A DNA stretch of 64,000 nucleotides from an uncultured bacterium (GCA_963777505.1 CAVZQN010000004.1:1504001-1568000), one strand, 5' to 3'. Numbered from the stretch's first letter, positions 28,711 to 40,563 are shown. Numbers and translations are program-made. Notes: generated by a model from the letters alone, not told the origin.

Positions 28711-29334
28711 TTAACTCTTCACATAAATTGAGGCTTCTTTCTTGAGCTCGGCCAGCCATTCTTTTGTTCTTTCTTGAACGCGCGATTCAGCCAGCTTTGA
28801 TTGAATCAATTCAAAAGCTTCCGCAAAGGGGGGCACTTTTTCTCCTTTGAGTTCCAATTCCGGCTTAAGAACTTCATTGTAGTGAGCTTCAGCATCTTCA
28901 ATTCTGACATTTACGAAGGGACGGAAGCGAATGTTTATGAATTCACGAATGCTGAGTTGTTCGCGAACTTCACGATCAAAATCTTCATAATTCATTCCAA
29001 TCGAATTCAGGAACAGGAGGAATTCTTCCGGGCCGCCTAATTTTCTGGTAAAAGATTCCACGACTTCCTGAATCATTTCACGAGAAACAGTTGGCGGTGG
29101 CTGTCGTTCAATCTGTTGAATGACAAGATGATGATTGATTCTCTGCTCAAGTGGAGTTGGCGCGGGAGGAAGTCCAGAAACATTAAGTGCTAGCTTTTCC
29201 GTTGCGCTTACTTCACTGTGTGTGATGATTTGTTCGTCAACAATGGCTGAGATCTGATCAAGAATCACTGCTGAAGAAAGCGCAGGCGTTGTAAGAATAA
29301 AAGTAAAAATTGAAAGTACAATCTTAAAAAGCAT
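28711..29334 (-). CDS. SurA N-terminal-domain-like periplasmic chaperone (no PPIase domain)
   Basis: Signal peptide, LDQISAIVDEQIITHSEV, WLAELKKEASIY C-terminus. Confidence 0.75.
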   Translation of the reverse strand: MLFKIVLSIFTFILTTPALSSAVILDQISAIVDEQIITHSEVSATEKLALNVSGLPPAPTPLEQRINHHLVIQQIERQPPPTVSREMIQEVVESFTRKLGGPEEFLLFLNSIGMNYEDFDREVREQLSIREFINIRFRPFVNVRIEDAEAHYNEVLKPELELKGEKVPPFAEAFELIQSKLAESRVQERTKEWLAELKKEASIYVKS

Positions 29335-32152
29335 GTCCTACCGACAAAAAGAATTCTGATGCGCTTTCACGTATGGGTGTAAAACGCCGATCCAATTTAT
29401 ATCCCCAATCCAATGTCAGCGGTCCAATTGGTGTTTGATATCGCAAGCCTAAACCCGCAGTCTCTCTCATCCCATCAAAACTGACATCCTCAATCAATTC
29501 GAATGCTGAACCATAATCTATGAAAACAATACCAGCTAGAGATTTAAACAGCGGAAAGCGATATTCAAGGTTTGCGATGACGACTGCATTTCCGCCAAGA
29601 GGCTCTCCATTTTCATCGAGCGGTCCTGCCGTATCGAGTTCAAAGCCGCGAATAGTTCTCCCGCCGCCTGCAAAAAAGCGCCGCGAAAGAGGCAGCTCTA
29701 CAGTTTCGCGGAAACCATGCGCAAGCCCGATACGAAGTGATGAGGCAATTACAGAAGTGTCTCGCACTGTCAAAAAATATTGAAGTTGATTGAACGATTT
29801 CAGGAAATCTGTTTCGGAACCAAGTACATTGGTTGACCATTCTAAACTGGTACTGAAGAATGTGCCGTGATACGGATCGATCTGATTGTCTCGCGAGTCG
29901 CGAACATAGGATCCTGTAACGCTGGAGATATGAATATCTAAAAAGCGCCGTTCCTCCGGTGTCAGTTCGGGTGTGCCTTTGTTATTAATATCTTCAAAGG
30001 CATATGTGAAGAAAAGCGAACTCAGTGGAGGTGGTTTTTGACCCACTTCACGAAATGTGGGATCGATTGATAATTTCTTTTCGATCAAAAGGGTTGTACC
30101 AAAAAGACTGTATGAGAACGTATCTCTGGGTGAACGATTCTCATAGATGCCTGAGACAACTAAAGGTGTTCTTTCACCGAGTAAATGCGGATCATTTAAA
30201 GTCAGCAATCCACGGCCTTCGTTAAAACCTCCGCGAGCTTGAAGCGCAATAATTCGATCCAATCCGAGCCAATTTCGATTCGAAATTGAAAACACGCCAT
30301 TCAGTTTGTTGTATGATTCGAATCCACCTCCGTAGGTAATCGTATATGGCCTTGATTCAACTAACCGGATTCGAAGAGGTTGATGAGGTCTCAAGTTATC
30401 CGGACGTGGTATTTCGATATCAACACGATCAAATATTTCCAGCGCATAAAGTTTGCTTTGACTCGCCGCAATTTTTCGAAGGCTTAAAGGATCGTCTTCC
30501 TGAAAAAGAAGTGTCTTCTGGACAATCCCTAATTTTGTACGGTAATTCCCGCTGACTACGATACGATCTACAAAAATCTGTTCGCCTTCAGTAATGTTGT
30601 ATTCAATGATCGCTCGTGTTTTATCGCGCGAAAGTAATATCCGGTTAACTGCCTGCATCTGCGGATATCCGCGCTCAGAATAAAGGGCTACAATGAAGCG
30701 CGAATCATTTTTGATTTCCGATTCGCTGACAGGATTTCCAACTTTTTGCGAAAGCCGCTCCATCAACTCTTCGGACGAAATCACTTCATTACCTATAAAC
30801 CTGTATTCAGCAAGCAGAACCTGTGGTCCTTCATCAATTGCAAGCGCAACGTCTATTTTTCGATCTGTGGCCCGCCGGATAACTTCGGTTCTTGCAAATC
30901 GAGCAAACAAGAATCCACGTTCCCGGTAGGCTGCAAGTATTTTTGATTGGTCTGTTTCAAAATCCCTTTGAACAAGATGCTTTGAACGTAGCCCGCTTTC
31001 CTTTGTTGAAATCAAATCCAAAATTTCCTCTTCAGAAAGATTTTGGTTACCTGAAATAGAAATGTCTGCAACTTCATATTTTGGACCCGGCTCAATTTCA
31101 TAACGAATGAGGATGCTTTCATTTGTCAGAATTTTCTTGTATTCGATTTCTGCATCGTAATATCCTTTCCGTTGAAGAAGCGGTGTCAGATTCCGCTTTC
31201 CTTCTTCAAGAGTATCGTCGTTATAACTATGTTCAACGCGTATTGGAATATTTTCATTAATTTCATTCTGGGAAAGTTTTAAGCCTTCAACTTCCAACGT
31301 AAGCGGCTTTCCTGCATTGATTTCAATTTCAATATGAATCCGATTCGACGCATCGACTTCCTTTTTCTTTTCAATGATTTCATGTTCAAGAAATCCGCGT
31401 TTGTCATACAACTCTTCAATGCGTTCCAGATCGCGCTTAAATTTGTGGGGCCGAAAACGGTGTCCTGGAGTTGACTTCATTAAAGAGCTGAGAGTGTGAT
31501 GAGGGAAGTGGGGAGATCCTGAAAAGACAAGTTCACTAACATATATCGGCTGACCTGGATTGACGAAATATGTAACCTCTGTTCGCTTCTCCGAACGCAA
31601 CAAAAGTACGTCCGGTGTAACTCGCGCTTGAAGATAACCATCGTTTTGAAGGGCTTCCAGAAGTTGTTCTCTTCCTTTTAAGACTTTTTCAGGAAGATAT
31701 GGTTCAAACTTTCTCAACGTTAAAGCCTTTTTGATTTTCCTATAAGATGGTCCGCCCTCGCCTTTTACTTTGATGGATTGAAAACGATAAATCAGTCTGA
31801 GGATAAACGTGAGTTCTACGCGGTCCTCTTTCTTTTGAGCATCAACAAGAATGTTGGAAAAGTTTCCAGTTGCGTATAGAAGTTCAATTGATTTCCGTAC
31901 CTTGGATGTAGTGAGAATGTCAACGTTCGGAGTGAATTCAATCAAATCCAACAAAACCTGTTTGTTGATTGGTCCATCAGCTTGAACGTGAATTGCCCCT
32001 ACTTTGAGAAATTGATATTGCGCTAAAACTTCGGCAGATGCGGTAGTAGTTTGAGCGGTTGCGGCAGCCGGGATTTGAAGAATAATCAGTGCTGTAAAAA
32101 GAAATAGGGCGCGATTATTCAAATGTCTTAGTAACAAGAATATCAATTCCAT
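29324..32152 (-). CDS. Omp85 family outer-membrane protein (TamA/BamA-like) with multiple POTRA domains
   Basis: Repeated POTRA motifs, RFFAGGGRTIRGF lid-lock, GLRYQTPIGP, C-terminal Phe; true start may be TTG 32122. Confidence 0.9.
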   Translation of the reverse strand: MELIFLLLRHLNNRALFLFTALIILQIPAAATAQTTTASAEVLAQYQFLKVGAIHVQADGPINKQVLLDLIEFTPNVDILTTSKVRKSIELLYATGNFSNILVDAQKKEDRVELTFILRLIYRFQSIKVKGEGGPSYRKIKKALTLRKFEPYLPEKVLKGREQLLEALQNDGYLQARVTPDVLLLRSEKRTEVTYFVNPGQPIYVSELVFSGSPHFPHHTLSSLMKSTPGHRFRPHKFKRDLERIEELYDKRGFLEHEIIEKKKEVDASNRIHIEIEINAGKPLTLEVEGLKLSQNEINENIPIRVEHSYNDDTLEEGKRNLTPLLQRKGYYDAEIEYKKILTNESILIRYEIEPGPKYEVADISISGNQNLSEEEILDLISTKESGLRSKHLVQRDFETDQSKILAAYRERGFLFARFARTEVIRRATDRKIDVALAIDEGPQVLLAEYRFIGNEVISSEELMERLSQKVGNPVSESEIKNDSRFIVALYSERGYPQMQAVNRILLSRDKTRAIIEYNITEGEQIFVDRIVVSGNYRTKLGIVQKTLLFQEDDPLSLRKIAASQSKLYALEIFDRVDIEIPRPDNLRPHQPLRIRLVESRPYTITYGGGFESYNKLNGVFSISNRNWLGLDRIIALQARGGFNEGRGLLTLNDPHLLGERTPLVVSGIYENRSPRDTFSYSLFGTTLLIEKKLSIDPTFREVGQKPPPLSSLFFTYAFEDINNKGTPELTPEERRFLDIHISSVTGSYVRDSRDNQIDPYHGTFFSTSLEWSTNVLGSETDFLKSFNQLQYFLTVRDTSVIASSLRIGLAHGFRETVELPLSRRFFAGGGRTIRGFELDTAGPLDENGEPLGGNAVVIANLEYRFPLFKSLAGIVFIDYGSAFELIEDVSFDGMRETAGLGLRYQTPIGPLTLDWGYKLDRRFTPIRESASEFFLSVGHAF

Positions 32153-35100
32153 ATCGTGGGCGTTCGTCCTTGTACGCAGTTATCTGAATTTCATCAGTCA
32201 GCCTATATTGAAGCAGAATAATTTCTTCTGCGACAGTGAACACATTCGTAGAGTATGTGACAGAAAAATCAGAAGAGATATCCTTTTCTAAGGTGACACG
32301 TGCTGCCGCGGATTGGGTAGTATCACGTTCAACAAAGATCGGGTCAATTTGAAAGCGTTCAAGACCGAAGACACGTTTGAACTCGCGCTCCAATGGCGAG
32401 GTAATGGGACTTGCAATAAAGTCGGAAAGTTGCTGCCCCGCAATTAAAGCGGCAGTATCTTGTACAGTGCTGCGTGTATATCCGCCTCCCAATAGAGCAT
32501 AAATGTCATCTCTTGGCAGAGGTGGGTCGGAACTGATTTCATGATAAATACGATCAAAAGTTCCTGTGAAGTTTAAAGCAATGTTGTATTCTCGCACTCG
32601 TGTTTCTGCGAAAAATGTCATCTGAGCTTCTATGCGATAGGGATTTTGAAAATCAAGACTTCCACGCGTAACTTTGTATTCGCGATCTCGAAAGGTAATA
32701 GTACCTTCCGTAACATCAAGACGTCCAACCAGAACGGGATTATCAAGCGTGCCAATAAGATTTAAGTCAGCGGAGCTGCTCACGTTTGCAAAATTATTTC
32801 GCACCATCAGGTTCCCATCCGATCGGATTCTTATATTGAGCTTGATTGGATTTTTTGCTGCAGCTGCGCCAGGAAGACCAGCAAAAGAAGGTACGCGTGC
32901 GTAGGTGAAAAGATCCGGAGTTTCTTCAAAACTTCGGACATAAAGGCCTTGAAGAACATTGATTTCACCAACGAGGTAACTGGCATCAGACTGTCCTTGC
33001 AAATGAAGTTCTGCATCTACGGTACTTCGAAGACCTTCGGGAAAATGAATACGGATCCTTTCCGCGTATAAATCAAAACGATATGTTTGGAAGGAATATC
33101 CTTTCAGAACTGCAGAACCTCCGGCCGTAAGTTTCCCGCCGCTACTATTGGCTTGAAGCGATTGAAGTGTGATGTTTTTGTTTTTGAAGCTGACAAGAGC
33201 AGTAATGTCAGTAAGCGAGTTTGGAAAACTGAAATGACGGAAGAAACCGTTGTCGATTTCAAGCGCACCTGTCAATGCAGGGTCCTGAGTTGTACCTGTA
33301 ATTGAAATTCGTGCGGTTGTAACGCCGCTTGCGTTTATTTCCTTATCAAATTCTGAAAGAATTTCGAGGCCTATATCAGCCGCAAGATTCAGATCCATTC
33401 TCCATCCTTCACGTGGGTAGATATTTCCGGTAAGCTCAATGCTTGAATACGGCCCATTGAGCAGGCTGTCGGTTATTTCAATGACTTCGTCTGACAGTCT
33501 GATCTTTAACGGGCGTGCCTCTTTGAATTGGAGTCCAGCGAATTCGATTTGTATTGTATTGAGCGACCCTTCAAGGTGATCAATTTTCATCGGGTTCAAA
33601 TTTCCGGCGGTTTGGAAGCTTCCACCAAGCACTCCTACAAGATTTTCCACTTCAGGAAAATAGGCATGGGAAATGATTTCTAACGGAAAACTTTGTACAT
33701 CCATCTCTGCTTTGAATGGTAACAGTCCACTCAATTCCATTTCAGCAAGCATTGTACTTTTGATGCCTCGTGCAATTCCTGATGCTGCTATTTTCAAGTT
33801 TTCGTTAATTAACTGAATATCCCCAACAACATCTCCATATAACTCACCGCGATATTTCAAATCCTGAATCGAAAGGAAACCGGTGATTTGTGGTTGCGTA
33901 ATTGTGCCTTTTCCGTTTCCCGATGCAGAACCGAGTCCGCTCATTTCAATTCCGCTCCGTTTGAGCACCTGTAGTTTTTCAATCGGAATATTTTCTGCGG
34001 AAAATTCTACATTGTAATCATAATTTTCGAGGGTTAGATCACCGGAGGCTGTTGCAGATCCTCCATCGATAAACACTGTGATTTCGCGTAATCCAATTGA
34101 GTCAGGAAAAAATAGAACTTTTCCCTTGCCGCGCTGCCATTGCTCACCATAAAAAATACCAGGACCAGACTCAAATTCGGTTTGTCCTTCCAGCGCTTCA
34201 AAAAATCCTTTCAGTGTTATCGTGGCATTTACATTCGTTTCAATTGGAAGAACTAGATCGAAAGCTCCTGCAATGTCTTTTGCAGGATAGTTGTTGACTG
34301 AGCCTTCAAGTTCCAGGGCATCTTCCGTGCCGAGCCTTTTGTCGCCGAGAAAGAATTTTACGCGCGCCTGGCCTGTCGCATGTCCGGTACGCATACGCGA
34401 ATCAAAAACTTCAATCAGGTGGTCATAAAATAGAACTTCCGCTTCCACCTGGTCCATTAAGACACCGTGATAAGTCGTTTCACGGCCGATTACATTTCCA
34501 ATGATTCTTGGCCGGAATGGACTCCAAACGGTTTCAATAAGCCTCCCTTCAAAATCCGCTTTTCCCGTTACACGCCAAAATTCTTGCTCGCTTGCCGGGT
34601 CGTTACGGAAGTATGCAAACAGGTGATGGAAAATCAGATCGATTTCAGGAATTTTTTCAGAGTGCGAACGTACCATCAAATCTGCTTGTCCGGACATATC
34701 GATTGTGCCTTCAACTTCAGTTCTTGTATAAGGCGTTTGAGTAATCGATTGAATATTCCGCAGCTGCTTCCCTTCGATTCGGAAAGTGGTTTCGTTCTTG
34801 ACAGGCAAAACAAAGGGCTGGGAGTATAACGAATTATCGAAATCGCTTGTTTCTGCAGCTGTTGGCAAGTCTGGCCGCTTGCGCAGTTGTGGGTTCCAGC
34901 ATGAATTTAAAGTCTCCATTCATTTCTTTAAACCGGCCTTCTTCCCAGGTCATGTCTGCCGAACCGGAACCTTTCACAGGGAGAATGAGATTTTTCATGC
35001 GGACAAAATCGCCTAACTTCCTGCCATCCCAGTTGTTAAACTTTGCATCAGTCTTATAAATGGATTTTCCTTTCAATGGTGCAACGGAAAAATTACCATC

Positions 35101-36108
35101 GTAATTTCCTTCGAACATATTGGCTTTGATGTTCGTCACATTGAGCCAATTGTCCGTCATATCCAGATCGAATTCTGCACGGTCGATTGGCAAAGAATAA
35201 AAAATGAAATTCTTGAAATTTCCACGACCTTGCATTCGGAAACGGCTGAATGTTCCTTTGTAAACGGCGCGGTAATTTCCCCATCCTGACATTTCAGGAC
35301 CGAGGTGGAACATTTTCTTTGCCTGATCGATGCTTAGACGCGATCGGATCCTGAAATCAAAGAAAGGATCTTTCAGGTTGTACATTTCTCCGGTCATATA
35401 AAATTTGGATTGATTGGATAAAACATCGAGACGTTGAAACAGGATCCGGCCGCCAATGATTTGATAATTGGACTTCAAGTCAAATTTGAAAAACTCAAAG
35501 TTCTGAATCTTTAGATAGCCATCTTTGAAGTTTGTAGTCGCCCGGTAATTTTTTTGTTTCTTATCGTACTCGGCGAACGTCTCCAAATCTGTAACTGAAA
35601 AAGAAACCGGAACGCGCCTTTGGTCAACGATTACGGTCATGTTATCGCAATCGACTTTATTGATAACGAAATCTACTCCGCCTTTTTTTTGTTCCTTTCG
35701 TGGCTTTGTTTTGGGCCAGTTGTTTCCGCCTTCTTTGTAGAAGACTATGTTGATCTCCGGTTTATCCAAGCGAACTTCAGAGATTCGGAGCTTACCGCGA
35801 AATGCGTGCCGCCACGAGACATCGGCATAGATTGCACGGGCACGAAAGAATTCCTTATCCGGACTTCTGGGATCATTTCCAATAACAAAATCGTTGAGCT
35901 GAACATCCAGAAAAAATGGATTGAACGAAACAGATCCGACGGTGATTTTTCTATCGATGGCTTTGCCAAGCCGTTCCTGAATCTGTCTTTTGATGAATTG
36001 ATCGAAATAGTTACTGTTGAGGAAAATGGCAAGAGCGATAAAAATGAACGCAGTCGTGATCAGAATAATTTTGACTGCTTTGGCTGAGAAATGAAAAACC
36101 CGCTTCAT
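32115..36108 (-). CDS. TamB/AsmA-like translocation and assembly module protein; split by a +1 frameshift near 34891-34893
   Basis: N-terminal TM plus AsmA-like region (34834-36108) and DUF490-type C-terminus (SSDPPL; 32115-34919). Deleting one G from GGG joins FMLEP to QLRKRPDLP. Confidence 0.85.
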
Positions 36109-36283
36109 CCAGTTGTTTCTCTAGCAGCACCCAGTGGTACTTATATATCCTTTTCTCGAAAATACAAAGGTACTGCCTAACTACAACTTGTGCCAGTGGA
36201 AGCGCTATCTCGCATCTCTCATCTCTCATCAATTTCTAAAAACCCCATCATTCTGCATTCACACACAGTGTATAATTACCGCA

Positions 36284-37636
36284 ATGAAGACTTTCCCGGT
36301 CAGCAAGATCAGGATTTTCCGGCGTTGGATCAGCTTGCTGGAAATTGAGGGTAAGACTCAATACCTTCGTGAATTGGAAATGTGGCTGAAGAGCTTCGAA
36401 CGCTACTTCAGTGTTGCAAATCTTCCACTATCTGAAGATGAACATCGGCAATCAACTCTTCGCGATTATTCAGAAGAAGTTAAAATCGTAAGCGATGTCA
36501 TCTTTCGCGTTTCTCAGCTTTGCACTCTTCTTTTATCAGAAGAACAGGTGAGTTATTCAAGTTTTGCCAAATATATCGAAAACTCGCTTCGGCAGGATTA
36601 CTTTACAGACAGCTACATTCGCAAACTGATCCGCGATCAGCGTCCTGTTCGCAACATGAATCTTTTAATGGAAGCACTTCTGGATGTACGAACTCTCATC
36701 ATCGAATTATCGCGTCTAAGTAAGATTCCCTATTTAAGCTTTGCAAGTGTTGGCAGAATTATTAATCGGGAAATAAGGAAAGGCGTTTATTTTGACTTTT
36801 TCCTTGATCGAAAGTTCGAAACCTTTTTTGATAAAGTAAGTAATCCGCATATCGTTCGGATCGTTAAGTCAATTCAAATACCGCAGTATAAGCGTTCTAT
36901 CGCGGTCATATTTCTTGAATTTTTCAGGGTATTAAGATATCTCCACGCCGTGACAATGCAGATGCAGGATGCTCACGCGCTCAAGCGATCACTTCTGATC
37001 TTTTCACTGATTCAAGCTGAATTGAAGTGGATCATTTTGTATTTGGATGAACAGTATCTTCGCAAGGAACATCCGGATTCAAACTTTACGGAGTTGATTG
37101 ATGGAGTTAAGTATTCGCTTTCAATGGAGTTGAAGAAAGTCATGCGCCGTGAGTTGCTTGGAACGGCGGGGCTTCGTCAATACGATTTGATTTACACGAA
37201 AATCCAAAACAGCCAGGGGATTTTGTTGAATTCGGTTCAGCAAATCGTTTTTTCCATTGCTCATTACTTTGATCCAAGACTTGAAGGACATGAAATTTTT
37301 CCAGACTACGTTACGAGGCTTGATCAATCCATTAAGCTGCGATCGGATATTTACGAGCTTCGTCACTTTATCGGGAAAATTTTGAGAGAAGGAGATTTAA
37401 TGGAATTGGCTGCCATCATCAAAAAGATTGAATGGTTCCGCATTGGCAGCATGAAGTTTCTTATGTACAAAGATTGGGTTGATTTTGACAACTTTTATCA
37501 CGAAATTCAGGCCTGCAGAACGAGCGGAAATTTGAACTTTTCTCTTCATCGCCTTTATACTTTTCTTACCACTTTGATCAAAGAGGTAAATAAGCGCTCA
37601 ATCTTGTCCAATTACCCACTGGAAAAGCCTCTATAG
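36284..37636 (+). CDS. Cytoplasmic all-alpha hypothetical protein
   Basis: Long ORF (450 aa from ATG 36284; TATAAT at 36271); no recognised motif. Confidence 0.75.
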   Translation: MKTFPVSKIRIFRRWISLLEIEGKTQYLRELEMWLKSFERYFSVANLPLSEDEHRQSTLRDYSEEVKIVSDVIFRVSQLCTLLLSEEQVSYSSFAKYIENSLRQDYFTDSYIRKLIRDQRPVRNMNLLMEALLDVRTLIIELSRLSKIPYLSFASVGRIINREIRKGVYFDFFLDRKFETFFDKVSNPHIVRIVKSIQIPQYKRSIAVIFLEFFRVLRYLHAVTMQMQDAHALKRSLLIFSLIQAELKWIILYLDEQYLRKEHPDSNFTELIDGVKYSLSMELKKVMRRELLGTAGLRQYDLIYTKIQNSQGILLNSVQQIVFSIAHYFDPRLEGHEIFPDYVTRLDQSIKLRSDIYELRHFIGKILREGDLMELAAIIKKIEWFRIGSMKFLMYKDWVDFDNFYHEIQACRTSGNLNFSLHRLYTFLTTLIKEVNKRSILSNYPLEKPL

Positions 37637-37643
37637 TTATTTT

Positions 37644-37815
37644 GTAGCTACGCGGGAAAGGCAGGGGAGCAGAGGTGCAAGGGAGCAGGGGAGAGTGCAA
37701 GGATTAATTTCTTTTTAGCTTCGCGCAAACTTTGAGCGAAGCTACAAACAACTTAATGATTTCACTCTCCCTTTCTCCCCTGCTCCCTTTCTCCCCTGCA
37801 TTCGGGCGAAGCTAC
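37644..37815. repeat. Nested palindromic element (GTAG...CTAC ends, GCAGGGGA arms, central hairpin)
   Basis: GTAGCTACGC...GCGAAGCTAC ends; GCAGGGGA repeats mirrored by TCCCCTGC; centre TAGCTTCGCGCAAACTTTGAGCGAAGCTA. Confidence 0.7.
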
Positions 37816-37838
37816 TAACGAACTTATCCCTTGAAATA

Positions 37839-37867
37839 TTGACTTCACGTCCATACTTTTGTATAGT
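37839..37867 (+). promoter_or_regulatory. Sigma-70 promoter of rplU operon
   Basis: TTGACT(37839)-17 bp-TATAGT(37862). Confidence 0.7.
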
Positions 37868-37899
37868 TCTCGGTTCATACAATTTTGGAGGTAGGAGAA

Positions 37900-38211
37900 G
37901 TGTACGCAATCATTGAGAATGGCGGGAAGCAATATAAAGTTGCCCCTGGCGATATCGTCAAGCTTGAAATTGGCGAAGAGAAACAGGGATCCCGCTTTGA
38001 ACCGGGAACTTTATTATTTCTTTTCAACGATCAGGATTATTTTGCAGGCGATAAAATTCCCGCAAAAGCAAAGGTCGAAGCTTCAGTAGTGGAGACTGGC
38101 AAAGACAAAAAGGTTCTTATATTCAAGAAAAAACGCCGCAAACAATATCAACGTACTAATGGACATCGCCAGCAGTTTATGCGTGTGCGGATTGAATCGA
38201 TTAGCTGGTAG
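37900..38211 (+). CDS. rplU: 50S ribosomal protein L21
   Basis: YAIIENGGKQYKV, KKKRRK, GHRQ; GTG start after AGGAG. Confidence 0.95.
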   Translation: MYAIIENGGKQYKVAPGDIVKLEIGEEKQGSRFEPGTLLFLFNDQDYFAGDKIPAKAKVEASVVETGKDKKVLIFKKKRRKQYQRTNGHRQQFMRVRIESISW

Positions 38212-38244
38212 AAACGGGAATCAAAGAGAAAGTGAGGAAATATT

Positions 38245-38505
38245 ATGGCTCATAAAAAAGGGCAAGGCAGTTCAAGAAATGGCCGAGATAGCCAGCCAAA
38301 ATTTCTGAGTGTTAAAAGATTTGCCGGCCAATATGTACTCGGTGGCAGCATTTTGGTCCGTCAACGTGGGACGCGATTTAAGCCTGGTTCATTTGTGGGA
38401 ATGGGTCGCGATCATACACTCTTCGCGTTAAGAGATGGCGTAGTTCATTTCGAAGATAAAGGCAGCTCAGGTCGTTACATTAGCATCCACCCTGCAGAGA
38501 ATTAA
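38245..38505 (+). CDS. rpmA: 50S ribosomal protein L27
   Basis: [32 protein letters not shown]. Confidence 0.97.
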   Translation: MAHKKGQGSSRNGRDSQPKFLSVKRFAGQYVLGGSILVRQRGTRFKPGSFVGMGRDHTLFALRDGVVHFEDKGSSGRYISIHPAEN

Positions 38506-38561
38506 TAACATCAGTGAGGATCGGAAGATTCCGATCCTCCCTTCCTTATTCTAAAAATCCA

Positions 38562-39560
38562 ATGTTCATTGATGAAGCCAAGATACACATCCAGGCAGGT
38601 CGTGGTGGACGTGGTTGTGTCAGCTTTCGCCGTGAAAAATTTGTTCCTCGTGGCGGTCCCGATGGAGGAGATGGCGGAAAAGGTGGAAATGTTTTTCTTA
38701 AAGCTTCAAGCAGATTGAATACACTCTTAGACTTTCGCTATCGTAAGCATTTCAAATCGGAACGCGGTCTGCATGGCAAAGGCAGCAATCAAACAGGGCG
38801 ATCCGCAGAAGACATTTGGATAGTAGTCCCACGCGGAACTGTTGTACGCGATGCTGAGTCCGGTGAAACCATTGCAGATCTCGATCAGGATGGTGCAACG
38901 ATTCTTGTAGCTCGCGGGGGAAGAGGTGGACGTGGAAATTCTCATTACGTTACTTCTTCATCGCAGGCTCCTGAGTTTGCCCAGGATGGTGAGCCAGGAG
39001 AAGAGCGTACGTTGGAGTTAGAATTAAAACTTCTTGCAGACGCAGGATTGGTCGGCTTACCGAATGCCGGTAAATCAACACTTCTTTCAAGAATCTCGGC
39101 TGCTCGACCAAAAATTGCAGCATACCCTTTCACCACACTTGCACCTCTGCTGGGTGTAGTTCGGCTCGATGAGAACTTATCGATGGTAGTCGCGGATATT
39201 CCTGGGTTAATTGAAGGTGCCTCGTCAGGTCATGGACTCGGCTTACAGTTTCTCAGGCATATTGAGCGCACCCGTATCCTGCTTCACTTAATCGATATCT
39301 CTGATGAACAGCCCGAAGAGCCGACTGAACGATTTAAGGTGATACGCAATGAAATGGCTCAATATGGTCATGGAATTAATTCCAAAGCGCAGATCATAGT
39401 CGGGACTAAACTCGATGCAATGAATGAAAAACGATTGAAGCAGCTTCAGAATTTTGCAAAGCGTCAAGAGATTCCTTTCGTTGCAATCTCAGCAGTCACA
39501 GGTGAAGGCATCGATGAACTCCTGCAATTAATGAGACGCGAGTTTGTAAACCCGTCATAA
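38562..39560 (+). CDS. obgE: GTPase Obg/CgtA
   Basis: MFIDEA, FRREKFVPRGGPDGGDGG, GLPNAGKST, YPFTT, DIPG. Confidence 0.96.
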   Translation: MFIDEAKIHIQAGRGGRGCVSFRREKFVPRGGPDGGDGGKGGNVFLKASSRLNTLLDFRYRKHFKSERGLHGKGSNQTGRSAEDIWIVVPRGTVVRDAESGETIADLDQDGATILVARGGRGGRGNSHYVTSSSQAPEFAQDGEPGEERTLELELKLLADAGLVGLPNAGKSTLLSRISAARPKIAAYPFTTLAPLLGVVRLDENLSMVVADIPGLIEGASSGHGLGLQFLRHIERTRILLHLIDISDEQPEEPTERFKVIRNEMAQYGHGINSKAQIIVGTKLDAMNEKRLKQLQNFAKRQEIPFVAISAVTGEGIDELLQLMRREFVNPS

Positions 39561-39568
39561 TAAGACTT

Positions 39569-40186
39569 ATGCGGATTGGAATCTTTGGCGGCACTTTTGA
39601 CCCGCCCCATTTCGGACACCTCGTTCCGGTAGAGTCCGTTGTTCAAGAGGTGAGTCTGGATGCAGTCCATTACATGCCCGCTTATATACCGCCCCACAAA
39701 AGAAATGAGCTGTTAACCGACCCATACCACAGGACTGCAATGCTTGCGCTCGCCATTCAGCACTATCCAAAATACCGCCTGCTACCTCTTGAACTTGATA
39801 AGGGGAAAGTGTCCTTTACGGTAGATACAATCCGGGAAGTTAGACAACTACAGGCGCCTGAGGATACCTTTTATTTCATAATCGGTACAGATTCATTCCT
39901 GGAAATCGATACCTGGTACGAATATGAAAATTTGATTCAATTGTGCAATTTTATTATCATTAATCGCGGAACCGGGGAAACGGAACTGATCGAAAAGTTA
40001 AAGTACCTGGAAACGACACTGCATCAAAATCTGAAAGATACATTCCATTTCGCATCAAACGCGATTTTTCCAATTTCTTCAACAGAAATCCGCGCAGCCG
40101 CTGCTGAAGGCAAATCATTAAAAGGACTTGTTCCTGATGAAGTTGCTAATTATATTCAACGGCATGCGCTATATCAGCGGAGGTGA
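39569..40186 (+). CDS. nadD: Nicotinate-nucleotide adenylyltransferase
   Basis: GGTFDPPHFGH, PPHK, ISSTEIR. Confidence 0.95.
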   Translation: MRIGIFGGTFDPPHFGHLVPVESVVQEVSLDAVHYMPAYIPPHKRNELLTDPYHRTAMLALAIQHYPKYRLLPLELDKGKVSFTVDTIREVRQLQAPEDTFYFIIGTDSFLEIDTWYEYENLIQLCNFIIINRGTGETELIEKLKYLETTLHQNLKDTFHFASNAIFPISSTEIRAAAAEGKSLKGLVPDEVANYIQRHALYQRR

Positions 40187-40563
40187 AACTCACAATTTTG
40201 AATAAAGAATTGCAAACAGTGATCGAATCTGTGCAAGAAAAAAAAGCACGAGAGATTACGGTTCTCGACTTGAAGGGAATTGCGTCATTTACAGATTATT
40301 TCGTTCTCTGCAATGGAGAATCAGAACCGCAAATCAAATCGATTTTCAAAAATATTGATGAAAAGATGTCTGCACTCGGGATCAATCCAGATCATGTGGA
40401 AGGTCGTGCGGAAAATGGATGGGTTTTGATGGACTATGATGATTTTGTGGTTCATATCTTCTCGCCGGAGAAACGTACGTACTATGATTTAGAAAGGTTA
40501 TGGGCCGATGTTCCTCGTTTGAAAGTAGATGAGGAACCGGCGCTAAAGACCGTTGTAAGGTGA
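40183..40563 (+). CDS. rsfS: Ribosome silencing factor
   Basis: DYFVLC, WVLMDY, VVHIF, YYDLERLW. Confidence 0.95.
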   Translation: MKLTILNKELQTVIESVQEKKAREITVLDLKGIASFTDYFVLCNGESEPQIKSIFKNIDEKMSALGINPDHVEGRAENGWVLMDYDDFVVHIFSPEKRTYYDLERLWADVPRLKVDEEPALKTVVR

